A stretch of DNA of 64,000 bases from Candidatus Eiseniibacteriota bacterium (GCA_031431875.1 JANPEF010000061.1:1-64000); one strand, 5' to 3'. Numbered from the stretch's first letter, positions 29,774-40,994 are shown. Notes: generated from the sequence alone by a model not told the origin. Numbers and translations: made by a program.

Positions 29774-30286
29774 ATGAACGAGCCGCGCCCCGCCGATGCC
29801 GCGCCCGCGCCCCGGGTCGGCGTGATCATGGGCAGCCAGAGTGATCTCGAGACGATGGCGCCCGCCGTCGAGCTCCTGACCGCGCTTGCCGTGCCGCACG
29901 AAGTGCGCATCGTCTCGGCGCACCGCACCCCCGACTGGATGTTCGAGTACGCCTCGACGGCCGAGGCGCGCGGGCTCGCCGTGATCATCGCCGCCGCAGG
30001 CGGCGCGGCCCACCTGCCCGGGATGACCGCGGCGAAGACGATCCTGCCGGTGCTCGGCGTGCCCGTCGCCGCGACCGCGCTCGGCGGCGTCGACGCGTTC
30101 CTCTCCATCGTCCAGATGCCGAAGGGCGTGCCAGTCGGTACGCTTGCCATCGGCGCGCCCGGGGCGGCAAACGCGGCGCTGCTCGCGGCGCGCATCGTCG
30201 CCCTCGGCGATCCGGCGCTGCGCGAAAGACTGCGCGCATGGACCGCGGCTCGACGCGACGAGGTCCTCGGCGACTCGACGCCGTGA
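29774..30286 (+). CDS. purE: N5-CAIR mutase
   Basis: [39 protein letters not shown]. Confidence 0.96.
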   Translation: MNEPRPADAAPAPRVGVIMGSQSDLETMAPAVELLTALAVPHEVRIVSAHRTPDWMFEYASTAEARGLAVIIAAAGGAAHLPGMTAAKTILPVLGVPVAATALGGVDAFLSIVQMPKGVPVGTLAIGAPGAANAALLAARIVALGDPALRERLRAWTAARRDEVLGDSTP

Positions 30287-31485
30287 GCGCGGTCCTCGGC
30301 ATCCTGGGCGGGGGACAGCTCGGGCGCATGACCGCGCTTGCCGCCCGCCCGCTCGGCTTCGCCGTGCACGTGCTCGATCCCGATCCTTCCTGTGCCGCCG
30401 CACCCGTCGTCGAGCGCGTGGTCGCCGCGTCGTTCGACGATGCCGCTGCCGCGGAGGAGCTGGCGCGCGCGTGCAGCGTCGTCACTCTCGAGATCGAGCA
30501 GATTGCGCCGGCCTCGCTGGCCGCGGCGGCGCGGCACGCGCCCGTGCGCCCGGCGCCGGCCGTGCTGCACGTGGTGCAGGATCGCGTGCGCCAGAAGCAG
30601 TGGCTCGCGGCGCAGGGCTTCCCGACGGGGCCGTTCCGTGCGGCTGCCGACGAGGCGGAGTTCGTCGCGGCGGTGCGCGTGTTCGGCGGTCGGGTCTTTG
30701 CCAAGTCGAGCTTCGGCGGTTACGACGGTCGTGGCCAGGCCGCGCTCGACGAGGACGACGATCGCGCCCATGCCGAGGCCGTCGTCGTCGCGCGGGCGGC
30801 GAATGCGCCGGCCGCCGACGCGCGGCTCGACGCGGCGGCGCGCACGGCCTGGCGGGCGGTGGGGGCGGCGCCGTGCGTGGTCGAGGAGGCGCTCGCGCTC
30901 GAGGGCGAGTTGTCGGTACTGGTCGCCCGTGGCGTCGACGGCGCGATCGCGGTCTACCCGCCGGCGCGCAATCACCACGTCGATCGCATTCTCGCCTGGT
31001 CTGAGCTGCCGGGCGATCTGTCGCCGACGCTCGCGGCGCGGGCGCAGGAGCTGGCGGCGGCGATCGCGCGCGCGCTGGACGTCGTGGGGCTCCTCTGCGT
31101 CGAGTTCTTCCACACGCGCGACGGGCGCCTGCTGGTCAACGAGTTGGCGCCCCGGCCGCACAACAGCTACCACGGCAGCGACCTCGCCTGCGTCACGGGC
31201 CAGTTCGAGCAGCTGGTCCGGGCGGTGACCGGGCTGCCGCTCGGGGCGGTCGACGTGGTCCGCCCGGCCGCCATCCACAACCTGCTCGGCGACCTGTGGG
31301 CCGACGGCGCCGAGCCCGCGTTCGACCGCGCCCTCGCGATCCCCGGCGTCCGGCTCACGCTCTACGGCAAGGGGACGCCACGCCCGGGGCGGAAGATGGG
31401 GCACCTGACGGCGACGGCTGCCACGCCGGGGGCGGCCCGGGCACTCGTCGAGCAGGGCTTCGCCAGCTTGCAGCAGGCCACCTAA
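30283..31485 (+). CDS. purK: N5-CAIR synthetase
   Basis: [45 protein letters not shown]. Confidence 0.95.
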   Translation: MSAVLGILGGGQLGRMTALAARPLGFAVHVLDPDPSCAAAPVVERVVAASFDDAAAAEELARACSVVTLEIEQIAPASLAAAARHAPVRPAPAVLHVVQDRVRQKQWLAAQGFPTGPFRAAADEAEFVAAVRVFGGRVFAKSSFGGYDGRGQAALDEDDDRAHAEAVVVARAANAPAADARLDAAARTAWRAVGAAPCVVEEALALEGELSVLVARGVDGAIAVYPPARNHHVDRILAWSELPGDLSPTLAARAQELAAAIARALDVVGLLCVEFFHTRDGRLLVNELAPRPHNSYHGSDLACVTGQFEQLVRAVTGLPLGAVDVVRPAAIHNLLGDLWADGAEPAFDRALAIPGVRLTLYGKGTPRPGRKMGHLTATAATPGAARALVEQGFASLQQAT

Positions 31486-31503
31486 GCCCTTCCGGGTTTA
31501 CGA

Positions 31504-31532
31504 TTTACAGGCCAGCCCGGACGTGCTATTCC
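31504..31532 (+). promoter_or_regulatory. Putative sigma70 promoter for icd-pnt
   Basis: TTTACA-N17-TATTCC with extended TG. Confidence 0.4.
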
Positions 31533-31597
31533 CTCGGTGATCCGTTCCCCGCATCCCCAATCGTGGCGGGCGCTGGCGCCCGCGAGGAGCCCGATTC

Positions 31598-33064
31598 ATG
31601 TCCCAGTTCCACCTGACCCCCGAAGGCAAGAAGCTCGTCACCTTCATCCCCGGCGACGGCATCGGCGCCGAGGTCACCGGCGCCACCCGCCGCATCATCG
31701 AGGCGACCGGCGCGGCCGTCACCTGGGAGGACTGCGAGGCCGGGGCGAGCGTGTTCAAGAAGGGCCTGCCGTCGGGTGTGCCGCAGGAGACGATCGACTC
31801 GATCAAGAAGACGAAGGTCGCGCTCAAGGGCCCGCTCGAGACGCCAATCGGCTTCGGCGAGAAGAGCGCCAATGTCACCCTGCGCAAGTTGTTCGAGACC
31901 TACGGCAACATCCGCCCGGTGCGCACCCTGCCCGGCGTGCCGACGCCATTCTCGAACAAGGCCATCGACCTGGTGGTCGTGCGCGAGAACGTCGAGGACC
32001 TCTACGCCGGCATCGAGTACATGCAGACGCCGGGCGTCGCCGAGGCGCTCAAGCTGATCTCGCGCAAGGGCTGCGAGAAGATCGTGCGCCTGGGCTTCGA
32101 GGTCGCGCGCGCCGAGGGCCGCAAGAAGGTCCATTGCGCGACCAAGTCGAACATCATGAAGATGACCGAGGGCACGCTCAAGCGCACGTTCGAGGCGATC
32201 GCCCCCGAGTACCCCGAGATCGAGTCGACGCACATCATCGTCGACAACTGCGCCCACCAGCTCGTGCGCTTCCCGGAATGGTTCGACGTCATCATCATGA
32301 CCAACATGAACGGCGACATCCTGTCGGACATGACGTCCGGCCTGATCGGCGGGCTCGGCTTTGCACCGTCGGCGAACCTGGGCACCGACTATGCGATCTT
32401 CGAGGCCGTGCACGGCTCGGCGCCGAAGTACACGGGCAAGAACGTGATCAACCCGACGGCCGTGCTGTTCGCGGGCGTGATGATGCTGCGGCGCCTCGAG
32501 GAGTTCGCGGCGGCGGCGGCGATCGAGAACTCCGTGATCGCCGTGCTCGAGGACGGGAAGTTCCGCACGCGCGACGTCGTCGGCGACGCCGGCTCGGTGA
32601 GCACGAGCGACTACACCGATGCGATCATCGCCAACCTGGGGCGCAAGCCGTCGAAGGCGTTCGTGCGCGAGTACCGGCCGATCAAGATGCCCGACGTGCC
32701 CGCCGCGCCTGATTTCGTCAAGGTGAAGGAGCGCATGGTCGCCGGTGCCGACGTCTACGTCGAGTGGACGAGCTCCGTCGAGACGCTCGGAAAGAGCCTC
32801 GAGACCGCGCTCGCCGGCTCGCCCTTCCGGCTGCACATGATCGCGAGTCGCGGCACGAAACTCTACCCCGGGGTGAGCGCCGTGACCGACACGGTCGACG
32901 CGTTCACCGCCCGCTGCATGCGCGCCGACGGGGGCGACACGACCGACGCCGAGATCCTCGACCTGCTCGCCCGCGTGGGTGCCAGGGCGCCCTGGTCCCA
33001 CGTCGAGAAGCTGAACGTGTTCGACGGCGCGCTCGGCTACACGAAGGCACAGGGCGAGGATTGA
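31598..33064 (+). CDS. icd: NADP-dependent isocitrate dehydrogenase (type with C-terminal extension)
   Basis: IPGDGIG.EV, KGPLETP, SANVTLRK, RENVEDLY, KSNIMK, NMNGDILSD, FEAVHGSAP; ends YTKAQGED. Confidence 0.93.
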   Translation: MSQFHLTPEGKKLVTFIPGDGIGAEVTGATRRIIEATGAAVTWEDCEAGASVFKKGLPSGVPQETIDSIKKTKVALKGPLETPIGFGEKSANVTLRKLFETYGNIRPVRTLPGVPTPFSNKAIDLVVVRENVEDLYAGIEYMQTPGVAEALKLISRKGCEKIVRLGFEVARAEGRKKVHCATKSNIMKMTEGTLKRTFEAIAPEYPEIESTHIIVDNCAHQLVRFPEWFDVIIMTNMNGDILSDMTSGLIGGLGFAPSANLGTDYAIFEAVHGSAPKYTGKNVINPTAVLFAGVMMLRRLEEFAAAAAIENSVIAVLEDGKFRTRDVVGDAGSVSTSDYTDAIIANLGRKPSKAFVREYRPIKMPDVPAAPDFVKVKERMVAGADVYVEWTSSVETLGKSLETALAGSPFRLHMIASRGTKLYPGVSAVTDTVDAFTARCMRADGGDTTDAEILDLLARVGARAPWSHVEKLNVFDGALGYTKAQGED

Positions 33065-34197
33065 AACTCTCCGTTCCCCGCGAGATCGCCCCGGGCGAGA
33101 CGCGCGTCGCGCTCGTGCCCGAGACGCTGGCGCGCCTGATCAAGGCCGGCGCAAGCGTGACCGTCGAGGCCGGCGCGGGGGAACGCGCGGGCTTCCCGGA
33201 TGCGGCGTACGCCGCGGCGGGGGCACGCATCGAACCGGACGTGCGCGCGCTGTGGCGCGCTGCCGACCTGGTGCTCAAGGTCCGCGAGCCTCTCGATCAT
33301 CCCGGCGCCGGCGCGCACGAGCTGGACCTCGCGCGCGAGGGGTCCATCGTCGTCGGCCTGCTGCGGCCGGTCGAGAACGAGGCGCTCCTGGCGCGCTACA
33401 CCGCGCGCCGCGTGACCGCGTTCGCGATGGAGAAGGTGCCGCGCACGTCGCGCGCGCAGAAGATGGATGCGCTGTCGGCGATGAGCACGATCGCGGGGTA
33501 CAAGGCCGTGCTGCTGGGCGCGATGCGGCTGCCGCGCTTCTTTCCGCTCATGATGACCGCGGCCGGGACGATTCCGCCGGCCCGCGTCCTCATCCTGGGC
33601 GCCGGTGTGGCGGGGCTGTCGGCGATCGCAACGGCGCGTCGCCTGGGCGCGGTCGTCGAGGCCTTCGACGTCCGTCCCGCGGTGCGCGAGGAAGTGCAGA
33701 GCCTGGGCGCCACGTTCGTCGGCCCGAGCGGGGACGCGGTCGCGTCGTCGGTGGCCGGCGCCGGCGGCTCGGGTGCGTACGCCGCCGAGCAGAGCACCGA
33801 TGACGCGCGTCGCCGCCAGGAGATGCTGGTGCCGCACGTCGCGCAGGCCGACGTCGTGATCGCGACCGCGCTCGTTCCGGGTCGCCCGGCGCCGCGCCTG
33901 GTGACTGCGGCGATGGTCGAGTCCATGAAGCCCGGCGCCGTGATCGTCGACCTGGCCGCCGAGACCGGGGGCAATTGCGAGCTCACCCGCGCCGGCGAGG
34001 ACGTCGTTGCGCACGGCGTGACCATCCTCGGGCCGGTCAACCTGACCGCCACGGTGGCCGGGGACGCCAGCCGAATGTATTCGCGCACGATCGCCGCGTT
34101 CGTGCTCCACCTGGTCAAGGACGGCGCACTCGCGCCCGACTTCGCGGACGACATCGTGCGCGAGTCGTGCATCGCCCGCCCGGGGGACGCCGCGTGA
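33061..34197 (+). CDS. pntA: NAD(P) transhydrogenase alpha subunit, part 1 (dI)
   Basis: TTG overlaps the icd stop; ETRVA, RAQKMDALS, AGYKAV, GAGVAGL, DLAAETGGNC. Confidence 0.92.
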   Translation: MKLSVPREIAPGETRVALVPETLARLIKAGASVTVEAGAGERAGFPDAAYAAAGARIEPDVRALWRAADLVLKVREPLDHPGAGAHELDLAREGSIVVGLLRPVENEALLARYTARRVTAFAMEKVPRTSRAQKMDALSAMSTIAGYKAVLLGAMRLPRFFPLMMTAAGTIPPARVLILGAGVAGLSAIATARRLGAVVEAFDVRPAVREEVQSLGATFVGPSGDAVASSVAGAGGSGAYAAEQSTDDARRRQEMLVPHVAQADVVIATALVPGRPAPRLVTAAMVESMKPGAVIVDLAAETGGNCELTRAGEDVVAHGVTILGPVNLTATVAGDASRMYSRTIAAFVLHLVKDGALAPDFADDIVRESCIARPGDAA

Positions 34198-34496
34198 GCG
34201 CAGCCGAAGTCCTCACCGTCCTCACCATCTTCGTGCTCGCCGTCTTCACCGGTTTCGAGGTGATCTCGAAGGTGCCGGTCGTCCTGCACACGCCGCTCAT
34301 GTCGGGCACCAACGCGATCCATGGCATCGTCGTCGTCGGCGGGATCGTCGTGCTGGCGCATGCCGAGGGGCCGTGGCTCGTGGGGCTCGGCTTCGTCGGC
34401 GTCGTCTTCGGCGCGGCCAACCTGGTCGGCGGGCTGGTCGTCACCGACCGCATGCTCGGCATGTTCAAGAAGAAGCCGAAGGACGCGCCGAAGTGA
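34194..34496 (+). CDS. pntA: NAD(P) transhydrogenase alpha subunit, part 2 (membrane)
   Basis: LHTPLMSGTNAIHG, NLVGG..VTDRML.MF. Confidence 0.92.
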   Translation: MSAAEVLTVLTIFVLAVFTGFEVISKVPVVLHTPLMSGTNAIHGIVVVGGIVVLAHAEGPWLVGLGFVGVVFGAANLVGGLVVTDRMLGMFKKKPKDAPK

Positions 34497-35899
34497 GCCC
34501 GGCCGTGCTCGATCTCGTGCAGCGCATCCTGTTCCTCGTCTCCATCGTGACGATCATCGTGGGGCTCAAGCGCCTGAGCTCGCCGGCCACCGCGCGCTCG
34601 GGCAACGCGCTCGCGGGCTGGGGCCTGGCGATCGCGGTGCTCGCCACGTTCGTCACCGGCGTGCCCCAGAACCTGGGGCTCATCGTGCTGGGCCTCGTGG
34701 TGGGCTCGGGCCTGGGCTGGTGGGGCGCGCGGGTGGTCCAGATGACCGACATGCCGCAGATGGTCGCCCTGCTCAACGGGCTGGGCGGCGGCGCGGCGGC
34801 GGCGGTGTCGGTGGCCGAGTTCATCGCCTGGCGCTCCGGGCCGGGGGCGGGCGGGCCGGTCCACATCGTCAGCATTCTCGCCGGCACGGTGATCGGCGCG
34901 GTGTCGTTCGCGGGCTCGCTGCTCGCCTTCGCCAAGCTGCAGGGCATCGGCGAGCGCGCCGTGATCCTGCCGGGCGGTCGCCTGCTGCAGGCCGCGGTCG
35001 TCGTGGCCGCGCTGGTCACGGGCGGGCTCGCTGCGACCAGCGGCGGCCTTCCCGTGTTCGTCACGTTCGTCGTCCTGGCGCTGGCGCTTGGCGTGCTCAT
35101 GGTCGTGCCGATCGGCGGCGCCGACATGCCGGTCGTGATCTCGATCCTCAACTCATGCACCGGGCTCGCCGCGGCCGCGGCGGGTCTCGTGCTCGACAAC
35201 CACGCCCTGCTGGTCAGCGGCACGCTGGTCGGTGCCTCGGGTACGCTGCTCACGCGGCTCATGTGCAAGGCGATGAACCGCTCGCTGGCCAACGTGCTGT
35301 TCGGCGCGCTGGGCGCTGCACCGGCGGCCGGCACGGCCGCAGCGGGGGCGGGCCCCCCAAAGCGTCCCGTGCGCGACGTGTCGGTCGAGGATGCGGCGGT
35401 GCTGCTGGCCAACGTGCAGAGCGTGATCATCGTCCCCGGCTACGGCCTGGCGGTGGCGCAGGCGCAGCACGTCGTGCGCGAACTGGCGGACCTGCTGGCC
35501 AGGCGCGGCGTCGAGGTGAAGTACGCCATCCATCCCGTGGCGGGCCGCATGCCCGGGCACATGAACGTGCTGCTGGCCGAGGCCAACGTGCCGTACTCGC
35601 AGTTGTTCGACCTCGAACAGATCAACGGTGACTTCGAGCGCACCGACGTGGCGCTGGTCATCGGCGCCAACGACGTGGTGAACCCCGCGGCGCGGCACGA
35701 CAAGGCGAGCCCGATCTACGGCATGCCGATCCTCGACGCCGACAAGGCGCGTCACGTGGTCTTGATGAAGCGATCGCTCAACCCCGGCTTCGCGGGCATC
35801 GACAACGAGCTCTACTACGATCCGAAGACGACGATGCTGTTCGGCGACGCGAAGCAGGTGCTCGGCCGACTTGTCGAGGAATTGAAAAGCGAGGCGTAG
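34493..35899 (+). CDS. pntB: NAD(P) transhydrogenase beta subunit
   Basis: MPQMVA, IGGADMPVV, AMNRS, PGYGLAVAQAQ, HPVAGRMPGHMNVLLAEA, GANDVVNPAA. Confidence 0.96.
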   Translation: MSPAVLDLVQRILFLVSIVTIIVGLKRLSSPATARSGNALAGWGLAIAVLATFVTGVPQNLGLIVLGLVVGSGLGWWGARVVQMTDMPQMVALLNGLGGGAAAAVSVAEFIAWRSGPGAGGPVHIVSILAGTVIGAVSFAGSLLAFAKLQGIGERAVILPGGRLLQAAVVVAALVTGGLAATSGGLPVFVTFVVLALALGVLMVVPIGGADMPVVISILNSCTGLAAAAAGLVLDNHALLVSGTLVGASGTLLTRLMCKAMNRSLANVLFGALGAAPAAGTAAAGAGPPKRPVRDVSVEDAAVLLANVQSVIIVPGYGLAVAQAQHVVRELADLLARRGVEVKYAIHPVAGRMPGHMNVLLAEANVPYSQLFDLEQINGDFERTDVALVIGANDVVNPAARHDKASPIYGMPILDADKARHVVLMKRSLNPGFAGIDNELYYDPKTTMLFGDAKQVLGRLVEELKSEA

Positions 35900-36014
35900 C
35901 CCCGGGCGATTTTCATGCTGTGGGCGGGTCGTTCCGCTAGACTGCCTCACCGTTCCCCCGGGGCCGGATCGCTCCCGACCTCCTCCGCCGTTCCCCCGGT
36001 CCTTGCGAGTGCCC

Positions 36015-39000
36015 ATGATGGCCACCCAGGCCCCCCGTCCCGGTCGCGGTTCGTTCGTCGGCTTTGTTCCGCTTCTGACGCTGCTCCTGTCCACGCCGGT
36101 CATCGCGGTTCCCGTCGGCACGGCGCCGCCCCTGGCCCTGCGCGATCGGACGCCGGGCCTGGTCGCGTTCACCGACGCGCGGCTCGTGATCGCCCCGGGC
36201 CGGACGGTCGAGAAGGGGACACTGGTCATCAAGGACGGCATGATCGTCGCCGCCGGTGCGGGGGTGAAGATCCCCGCCGGCGCAACCGTGCGCAGTCTCG
36301 CGTGGGCGACGATCTATCCCGGCTTCCTCGATGCCAGCGTGCCGGTCGGTTTCCCGTCGTCGGCGACCACCGGCCTGATTCGCGACGGCGCCGACGGTCC
36401 CTCGGGCGGGCCGGGCTCCGGCGGCCCGAGCGGCATTGCCGGGCCGGGCGCGTCGAGCTGGAACCCGCACGTCACGCCGGGCCGGCGCGTCGAGCTCGAC
36501 CTGCCGGCCGACAGCCTGGCCGCGAAGCTGCGCTCCACGCTGCGCAGCCAGGGCGTCACGGTGGCGCTGGTCGCCCCGGCGCGCGGCGTCGTCAGGGGGC
36601 AGGGCGCCCTGCTTACCACCGCCGACGGCCCGCTCGGGCGACTGGTGGTCAAGCCGCAGGCGAGCATGCACCTGGCGCTCAACTCGGGGCTCTCCTTCGA
36701 CGACCAGGGCTATCCGCAGTCGCCGATGGGCGCGGTCGCGCTGTTGCGCCAGACTTTCGCCGACGCCGCCTGGTACACCAGGGCGCAGGCGGCCTGCGCA
36801 CGCGACCCGAAGCTGCCGCGGCCCGAGACCGAGGAGGGCCTCGCCGCGCTCACCGCGTTCCGCACCACGCGCGCGCCATTCGTGATCGACGCCCAGGACG
36901 AGCTCTACGTGCTGCGCGCCGACCGTCTCGCCCGCGAGCTCGGATTCGACGCGATCGTGCGCGGCTCGGGTCGCGAGTACCGCCAGCTCGACGCGATCAG
37001 GGCGACGGGGCGCACGATCATCGTTCCGCTGTCGTTCCCGAAAGCGCCGATCGTCGACACGCCCGAGCAGGCGATGAACGTCTCGCTCGAGGACCTCATG
37101 CACTGGGACGTGGCCCCCGAGAACGCGGGCCGGCTGGCGAAGGCAGGCGTGCCGATTGCCTTGACCTCGGATCGGCTCGAGGATCGCGGCACGTTCCTGG
37201 TCCAGGTGCGGAAGGCCGTCGACCGCGGTCTCACGCCCGCGCAGGCGCTGGCCGCGCTGACCACCACGCCGGCGCGCGCGCTCGGGGTGGGTGATCGCCT
37301 GGGCACGCTCGAGGCCGGGAAGCAGGCGCACTTCGTCATCACCGACGGGGACCTGTTCGCCGCCACGACGAAGGTGCGCGAGGTGTGGATCGATGGCGAG
37401 GCCTACCCGATCAAGCCCTGGCCCGAGCTCGATCTGCGCGGGCGCTGGCTGGTGACGCTCGATCCGCCTGCAGCCGGAGCCGACTCGATCGTGCTCGCGC
37501 TCGCCGGGCAGCCCGATTCGCTGGGCGGCACGCTGCGGCTGGGCAAGGACACGATGCTCAAGTCCGCGCAGCTCCTCGAGCGACAGCTGTTCGTGTCGCT
37601 GTCCGGCGACTCGCTGGGAAAGCAGGGCGTCGTGCGCCTCTCCGGCGCGGTCGAGGGCGCAGGCGCCGAGCCGATCGTACGCGGCACGGGTGTGTGGCCC
37701 GACGGGGCGCCGTTTGCGTGGAGCGCCCGCCGCATCGCCGCCTACACGCCGCCGGCCGACACGGCGGCGAAACCGCCCCCCGTGCGCGCCAGCTACGAGC
37801 CGAACTTCCCGTTGGGCGACTGCGGTCGCAACGGCATTCCGGAGCGCCCGGCCGTCGTCGCGTTCGAAGGCGCGACCGTGTGGACGTCGGGTCCGGCCGG
37901 GAGGATCGAGGGCGCGACCGTGCTGGTCGAGAATGGGGTGATCCGCGCGGTCGGCAAGGACGTGCGCGTGCCGGCGAGCGCAGTCCGCATCGACGCGCGC
38001 GGCAAGCACATCACGCCGGGCCTGATCGACGCGCACTCGCACACCGCGACCGACGGTGGGATCAACGAGGGCGGGCAGAACGTCACCGCCGAGGTGCGCA
38101 TCGGCGACTTCATCGACCCGAACGACATCGCGCTCTACCGCGAGCTTGCCGGCGGCCTGACCGCGGCGCACATCCTGCACGGTTCGGCGAACGCAATCGG
38201 CGGGCAGAGCCAGATGATCAAGCTGCGCTGGGGAGCACCCGACTCGGCGCTCAAGTTCGCGGGCTGGCCGGCGACGATCAAGTTCGCGCTGGGCGAGAAT
38301 CCCAAGCAGTCCAACTGGGGCCTGCAGGACCCGACGCGCTATCCGCAGTCGCGCATGGGCGTCGAGCAGTTGATCCGCGACCGCTTCGCTGCGGCGCGGG
38401 ACTACACGGCCGAGCAGAAGCGCGGCACGATGGCGAACGGCCTGCCGGCGCGGCGCGATTACGAACTCGAGACGATCGCCCAGATTCTCGACGGCACGCG
38501 CACCATTCACAGCCACGCGTACCGCCAGGACGAGATCCTGATGCTCATGCGCGTGGCCGAGGAATACGGCATCCGGGTCGGCACGTTCCAGCACATCCTC
38601 GAGGGCTACAAGGTGGCCGACGTGATGGCCGCGCACGGGGCCGGCGGCTCGACGTTTTCCGACTGGTGGGCCTACAAGATGGAAGTCATCGATGCCATCC
38701 CGTTCAACGGCGCGCTGATGCATCGCGCCGGCGTGCTCGTGTCGTTCAACTCGGACTCGGACGAGCTGGCGCGTCGTCTCAACACCGAGGCGGGGAAGGC
38801 GGTCAAGTACGGCGGGGTCTCCCCGGAGGAAGCGCTCGAGTTCGTCACCGCAAACCCGGCGAAGCAGCTCAAGGTCGACGCGAAGGTCGGCTCACTCGAG
38901 CCCGGCAAGGATGCCGACCTCGTGGTGTGGAGCGGCCCGCCGTTGTCGCCGCTATCGCTCTGCGAGCAGACGTGGATCGACGGCCGGCGCTACTTCGACC

Positions 39001-39215
39001 GCGCGGAGGATCTCGCGATGCGCGTCGAGCAAGAGAGGATGAAGCAGGTGCTGGCGCAGAAGGCGCTCGCGGCACCCGGGGGCAGCGGCGGCGGGGGCCC
39101 GGGAGGCCGCGGCGTGCCGCGCCACGACTGGGCCGACGAACATGACGAGGGGGATGACGGTGGCTTCGGCTCGCGGGCCGCCGCGGCGCGTAGCTGCGAA
39201 GGAGGTGCGCGATGA
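36015..39215 (+). CDS. Secreted double-domain amidohydrolase-family protein
   Basis: Signal peptide; two TIM-barrel units (IYPGFLDAS..; TPGLIDAHSH, KFALGENPK, HAY, FQH, GSLEPGKDAD). Confidence 0.88.
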   Translation: MMATQAPRPGRGSFVGFVPLLTLLLSTPVIAVPVGTAPPLALRDRTPGLVAFTDARLVIAPGRTVEKGTLVIKDGMIVAAGAGVKIPAGATVRSLAWATIYPGFLDASVPVGFPSSATTGLIRDGADGPSGGPGSGGPSGIAGPGASSWNPHVTPGRRVELDLPADSLAAKLRSTLRSQGVTVALVAPARGVVRGQGALLTTADGPLGRLVVKPQASMHLALNSGLSFDDQGYPQSPMGAVALLRQTFADAAWYTRAQAACARDPKLPRPETEEGLAALTAFRTTRAPFVIDAQDELYVLRADRLARELGFDAIVRGSGREYRQLDAIRATGRTIIVPLSFPKAPIVDTPEQAMNVSLEDLMHWDVAPENAGRLAKAGVPIALTSDRLEDRGTFLVQVRKAVDRGLTPAQALAALTTTPARALGVGDRLGTLEAGKQAHFVITDGDLFAATTKVREVWIDGEAYPIKPWPELDLRGRWLVTLDPPAAGADSIVLALAGQPDSLGGTLRLGKDTMLKSAQLLERQLFVSLSGDSLGKQGVVRLSGAVEGAGAEPIVRGTGVWPDGAPFAWSARRIAAYTPPADTAAKPPPVRASYEPNFPLGDCGRNGIPERPAVVAFEGATVWTSGPAGRIEGATVLVENGVIRAVGKDVRVPASAVRIDARGKHITPGLIDAHSHTATDGGINEGGQNVTAEVRIGDFIDPNDIALYRELAGGLTAAHILHGSANAIGGQSQMIKLRWGAPDSALKFAGWPATIKFALGENPKQSNWGLQDPTRYPQSRMGVEQLIRDRFAAARDYTAEQKRGTMANGLPARRDYELETIAQILDGTRTIHSHAYRQDEILMLMRVAEEYGIRVGTFQHILEGYKVADVMAAHGAGGSTFSDWWAYKMEVIDAIPFNGALMHRAGVLVSFNSDSDELARRLNTEAGKAVKYGGVSPEEALEFVTANPAKQLKVDAKVGSLEPGKDADLVVWSGPPLSPLSLCEQTWIDGRRYFDRAEDLAMRVEQERMKQVLAQKALAAPGGSGGGGPGGRGVPRHDWADEHDEGDDGGFGSRAAAARSCEGGAR

Positions 39216-40558
39216 TGCCAGCGAGTGCCGCAGGCGCGAGCTTGGCCTTCGCCCTGGTCTTCATGCTCTCGGCCTCTGCCGCTCACTCCGCCGTCCCCAT
39301 CCCCGGCCCGCCCCAGACCCGTCCGGTCGCGATCGTCGGCGCTGCCCTGTACCCGGTGTCGGGGCCGCGCATCGCCGACGGCACGATCGTCTTCGCCGAA
39401 GGGAAGATCGTCGCCGTGGGGCCCACGGCTAGCATGACGGTTCCAGCCGAGGCCGAGCGGATCGACGGCCGCGGCAAGCGCGTTTACCCGGGGCTGGTCG
39501 ATGCGTGGACCCAGCTCGGCCTCAACGAGGTCACCGCGGTGCGAGCCACCGTCGATGCGCGCGAGGTCGGCCCGATCAATCCGAACGTGCGCGCGCAGGT
39601 GTCGTTCAACCCGGAGAGCGAGCTCCTGCCGGTGACGCGCTCCAACGGCGTGCTCGTCGTCGGGGTTGCGCCGCAGGGCGGCCTGCTCGGCGGCCAGGTC
39701 GCCGCCATGACCCTCGATGGCTGGACATGGGAGGAGATGACGCTGCGTGCCCCGGTCGGCATGCAACTGAGTTGGCCGCCGATGGTGCTCGTGCGCGACG
39801 GCGCGCCCGAGGATCGGCAGAAGGAGAATCGCGAGAAGGCGCTGCGCGCCGTGCACGAGGCGTTCGCCGATGCCCGCGCCTACCGTGTGGCGAAGCTGGG
39901 GGCGGGGAGCGCCGGCATCGAGACCGACCTGCGCTGGGAGGCAATGATCCCGGTGCTCGAGCGGCGCGTTCCGCTGTTCGTCGAGGCCGAGGAGATCCAC
40001 CAGATCGAGGCGGCCGTCGCCTTCGCCGCGGCCGAGAGCCTGAAGCTGGTGATCGTCGGCGGTTACGACGCGGCCGCCGCGGGCGAACTGCTGCGACGCA
40101 ACGACGTGCCGGTGATCGTCGGCGGGATCCTCCGCCTGCCACGCCGTCGCGGCGATGCCTATGACGCGCCGTACACGCTGCCGGCTCGATTGCACCGCGC
40201 CGGCGTCCGCTTCTGCCTGACCAACGGCAGCCTGTGGAACGAGCGCAACCTGCCGTACGCGGCCGGCACCGCCGTCGCCTATGGACTGCCGGCGGAGGTC
40301 GGCCTGGCGGCGATCACGCTCGAGGCGGCAAGGATTCTCGGCGTCGGCGATCGCGTGGGTTCGCTCGAGCCGGGAAAGGATGCGACACTGCTGGTCACCA
40401 ACGGTGATCCCATGGAGGAGCCCACGGCGGTCGAACGCGCGTGGATCGGCGGCCGTGCAGTCGACCTCGATGATCGCCACAAGACGTTGAACGCGAAGTA
40501 CGTGGAAAAATACCGCCGCCTCGGCATCGATCCGGGCGCCGACGGCACACGGCCCTGA
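39212..40558 (+). CDS. Secreted amidohydrolase-family protein (partner of the upstream gene)
   Basis: VYPGLVDAWTQ, GSLEPGKDATL; overlapping start. Confidence 0.85.
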   Translation: MMPASAAGASLAFALVFMLSASAAHSAVPIPGPPQTRPVAIVGAALYPVSGPRIADGTIVFAEGKIVAVGPTASMTVPAEAERIDGRGKRVYPGLVDAWTQLGLNEVTAVRATVDAREVGPINPNVRAQVSFNPESELLPVTRSNGVLVVGVAPQGGLLGGQVAAMTLDGWTWEEMTLRAPVGMQLSWPPMVLVRDGAPEDRQKENREKALRAVHEAFADARAYRVAKLGAGSAGIETDLRWEAMIPVLERRVPLFVEAEEIHQIEAAVAFAAAESLKLVIVGGYDAAAAGELLRRNDVPVIVGGILRLPRRRGDAYDAPYTLPARLHRAGVRFCLTNGSLWNERNLPYAAGTAVAYGLPAEVGLAAITLEAARILGVGDRVGSLEPGKDATLLVTNGDPMEEPTAVERAWIGGRAVDLDDRHKTLNAKYVEKYRRLGIDPGADGTRP

Positions 40559-40574
40559 CGGGCGGGAGAGAGTC

Positions 40575-40994
40575 ATGAAGCGGAATGCAGAGAGAACGAC
40601 GGGCAAGACGGCGACGTGGTGCGGGATCCTCATCTTCGCGGCCGCTCTCGCGGCCGGAGCTGGCTGCGCGCCTGCGGCCGAGAAGGCCGCCGAGGCGCCC
40701 GCGGTCACCACCCCGGCGCCTGCGCCCTCGCCCGGCGTGGTCGAGGTGACGGTCGATGGTTCGGGCTTCCACCCGGATCGCATCACCGCGCACGCGGGAC
40801 AGCCGATCACCCTGGCCATCACGCGGACGACCGACGAGACCTGCGGCACCGAGATCGTCATCCCCACGATGGCGATCGACACGAAACTGCCGCTCAACCA
40901 GCGCGTCGAGGTGACCGTGACGCCGGTGGCCACGGGCGAGGTCGCGTTCGCCTGCGCGATGAACATGCACAAGGGGACGATCGTCGTCGAGTAG
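40575..40994 (+). CDS. Cupredoxin-domain lipoprotein
   Basis: Lipobox-like GAGC; GFHPDRI, TC.TEI, FACAMNMHKGTIVV. Confidence 0.85.
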   Translation: MKRNAERTTGKTATWCGILIFAAALAAGAGCAPAAEKAAEAPAVTTPAPAPSPGVVEVTVDGSGFHPDRITAHAGQPITLAITRTTDETCGTEIVIPTMAIDTKLPLNQRVEVTVTPVATGEVAFACAMNMHKGTIVVE

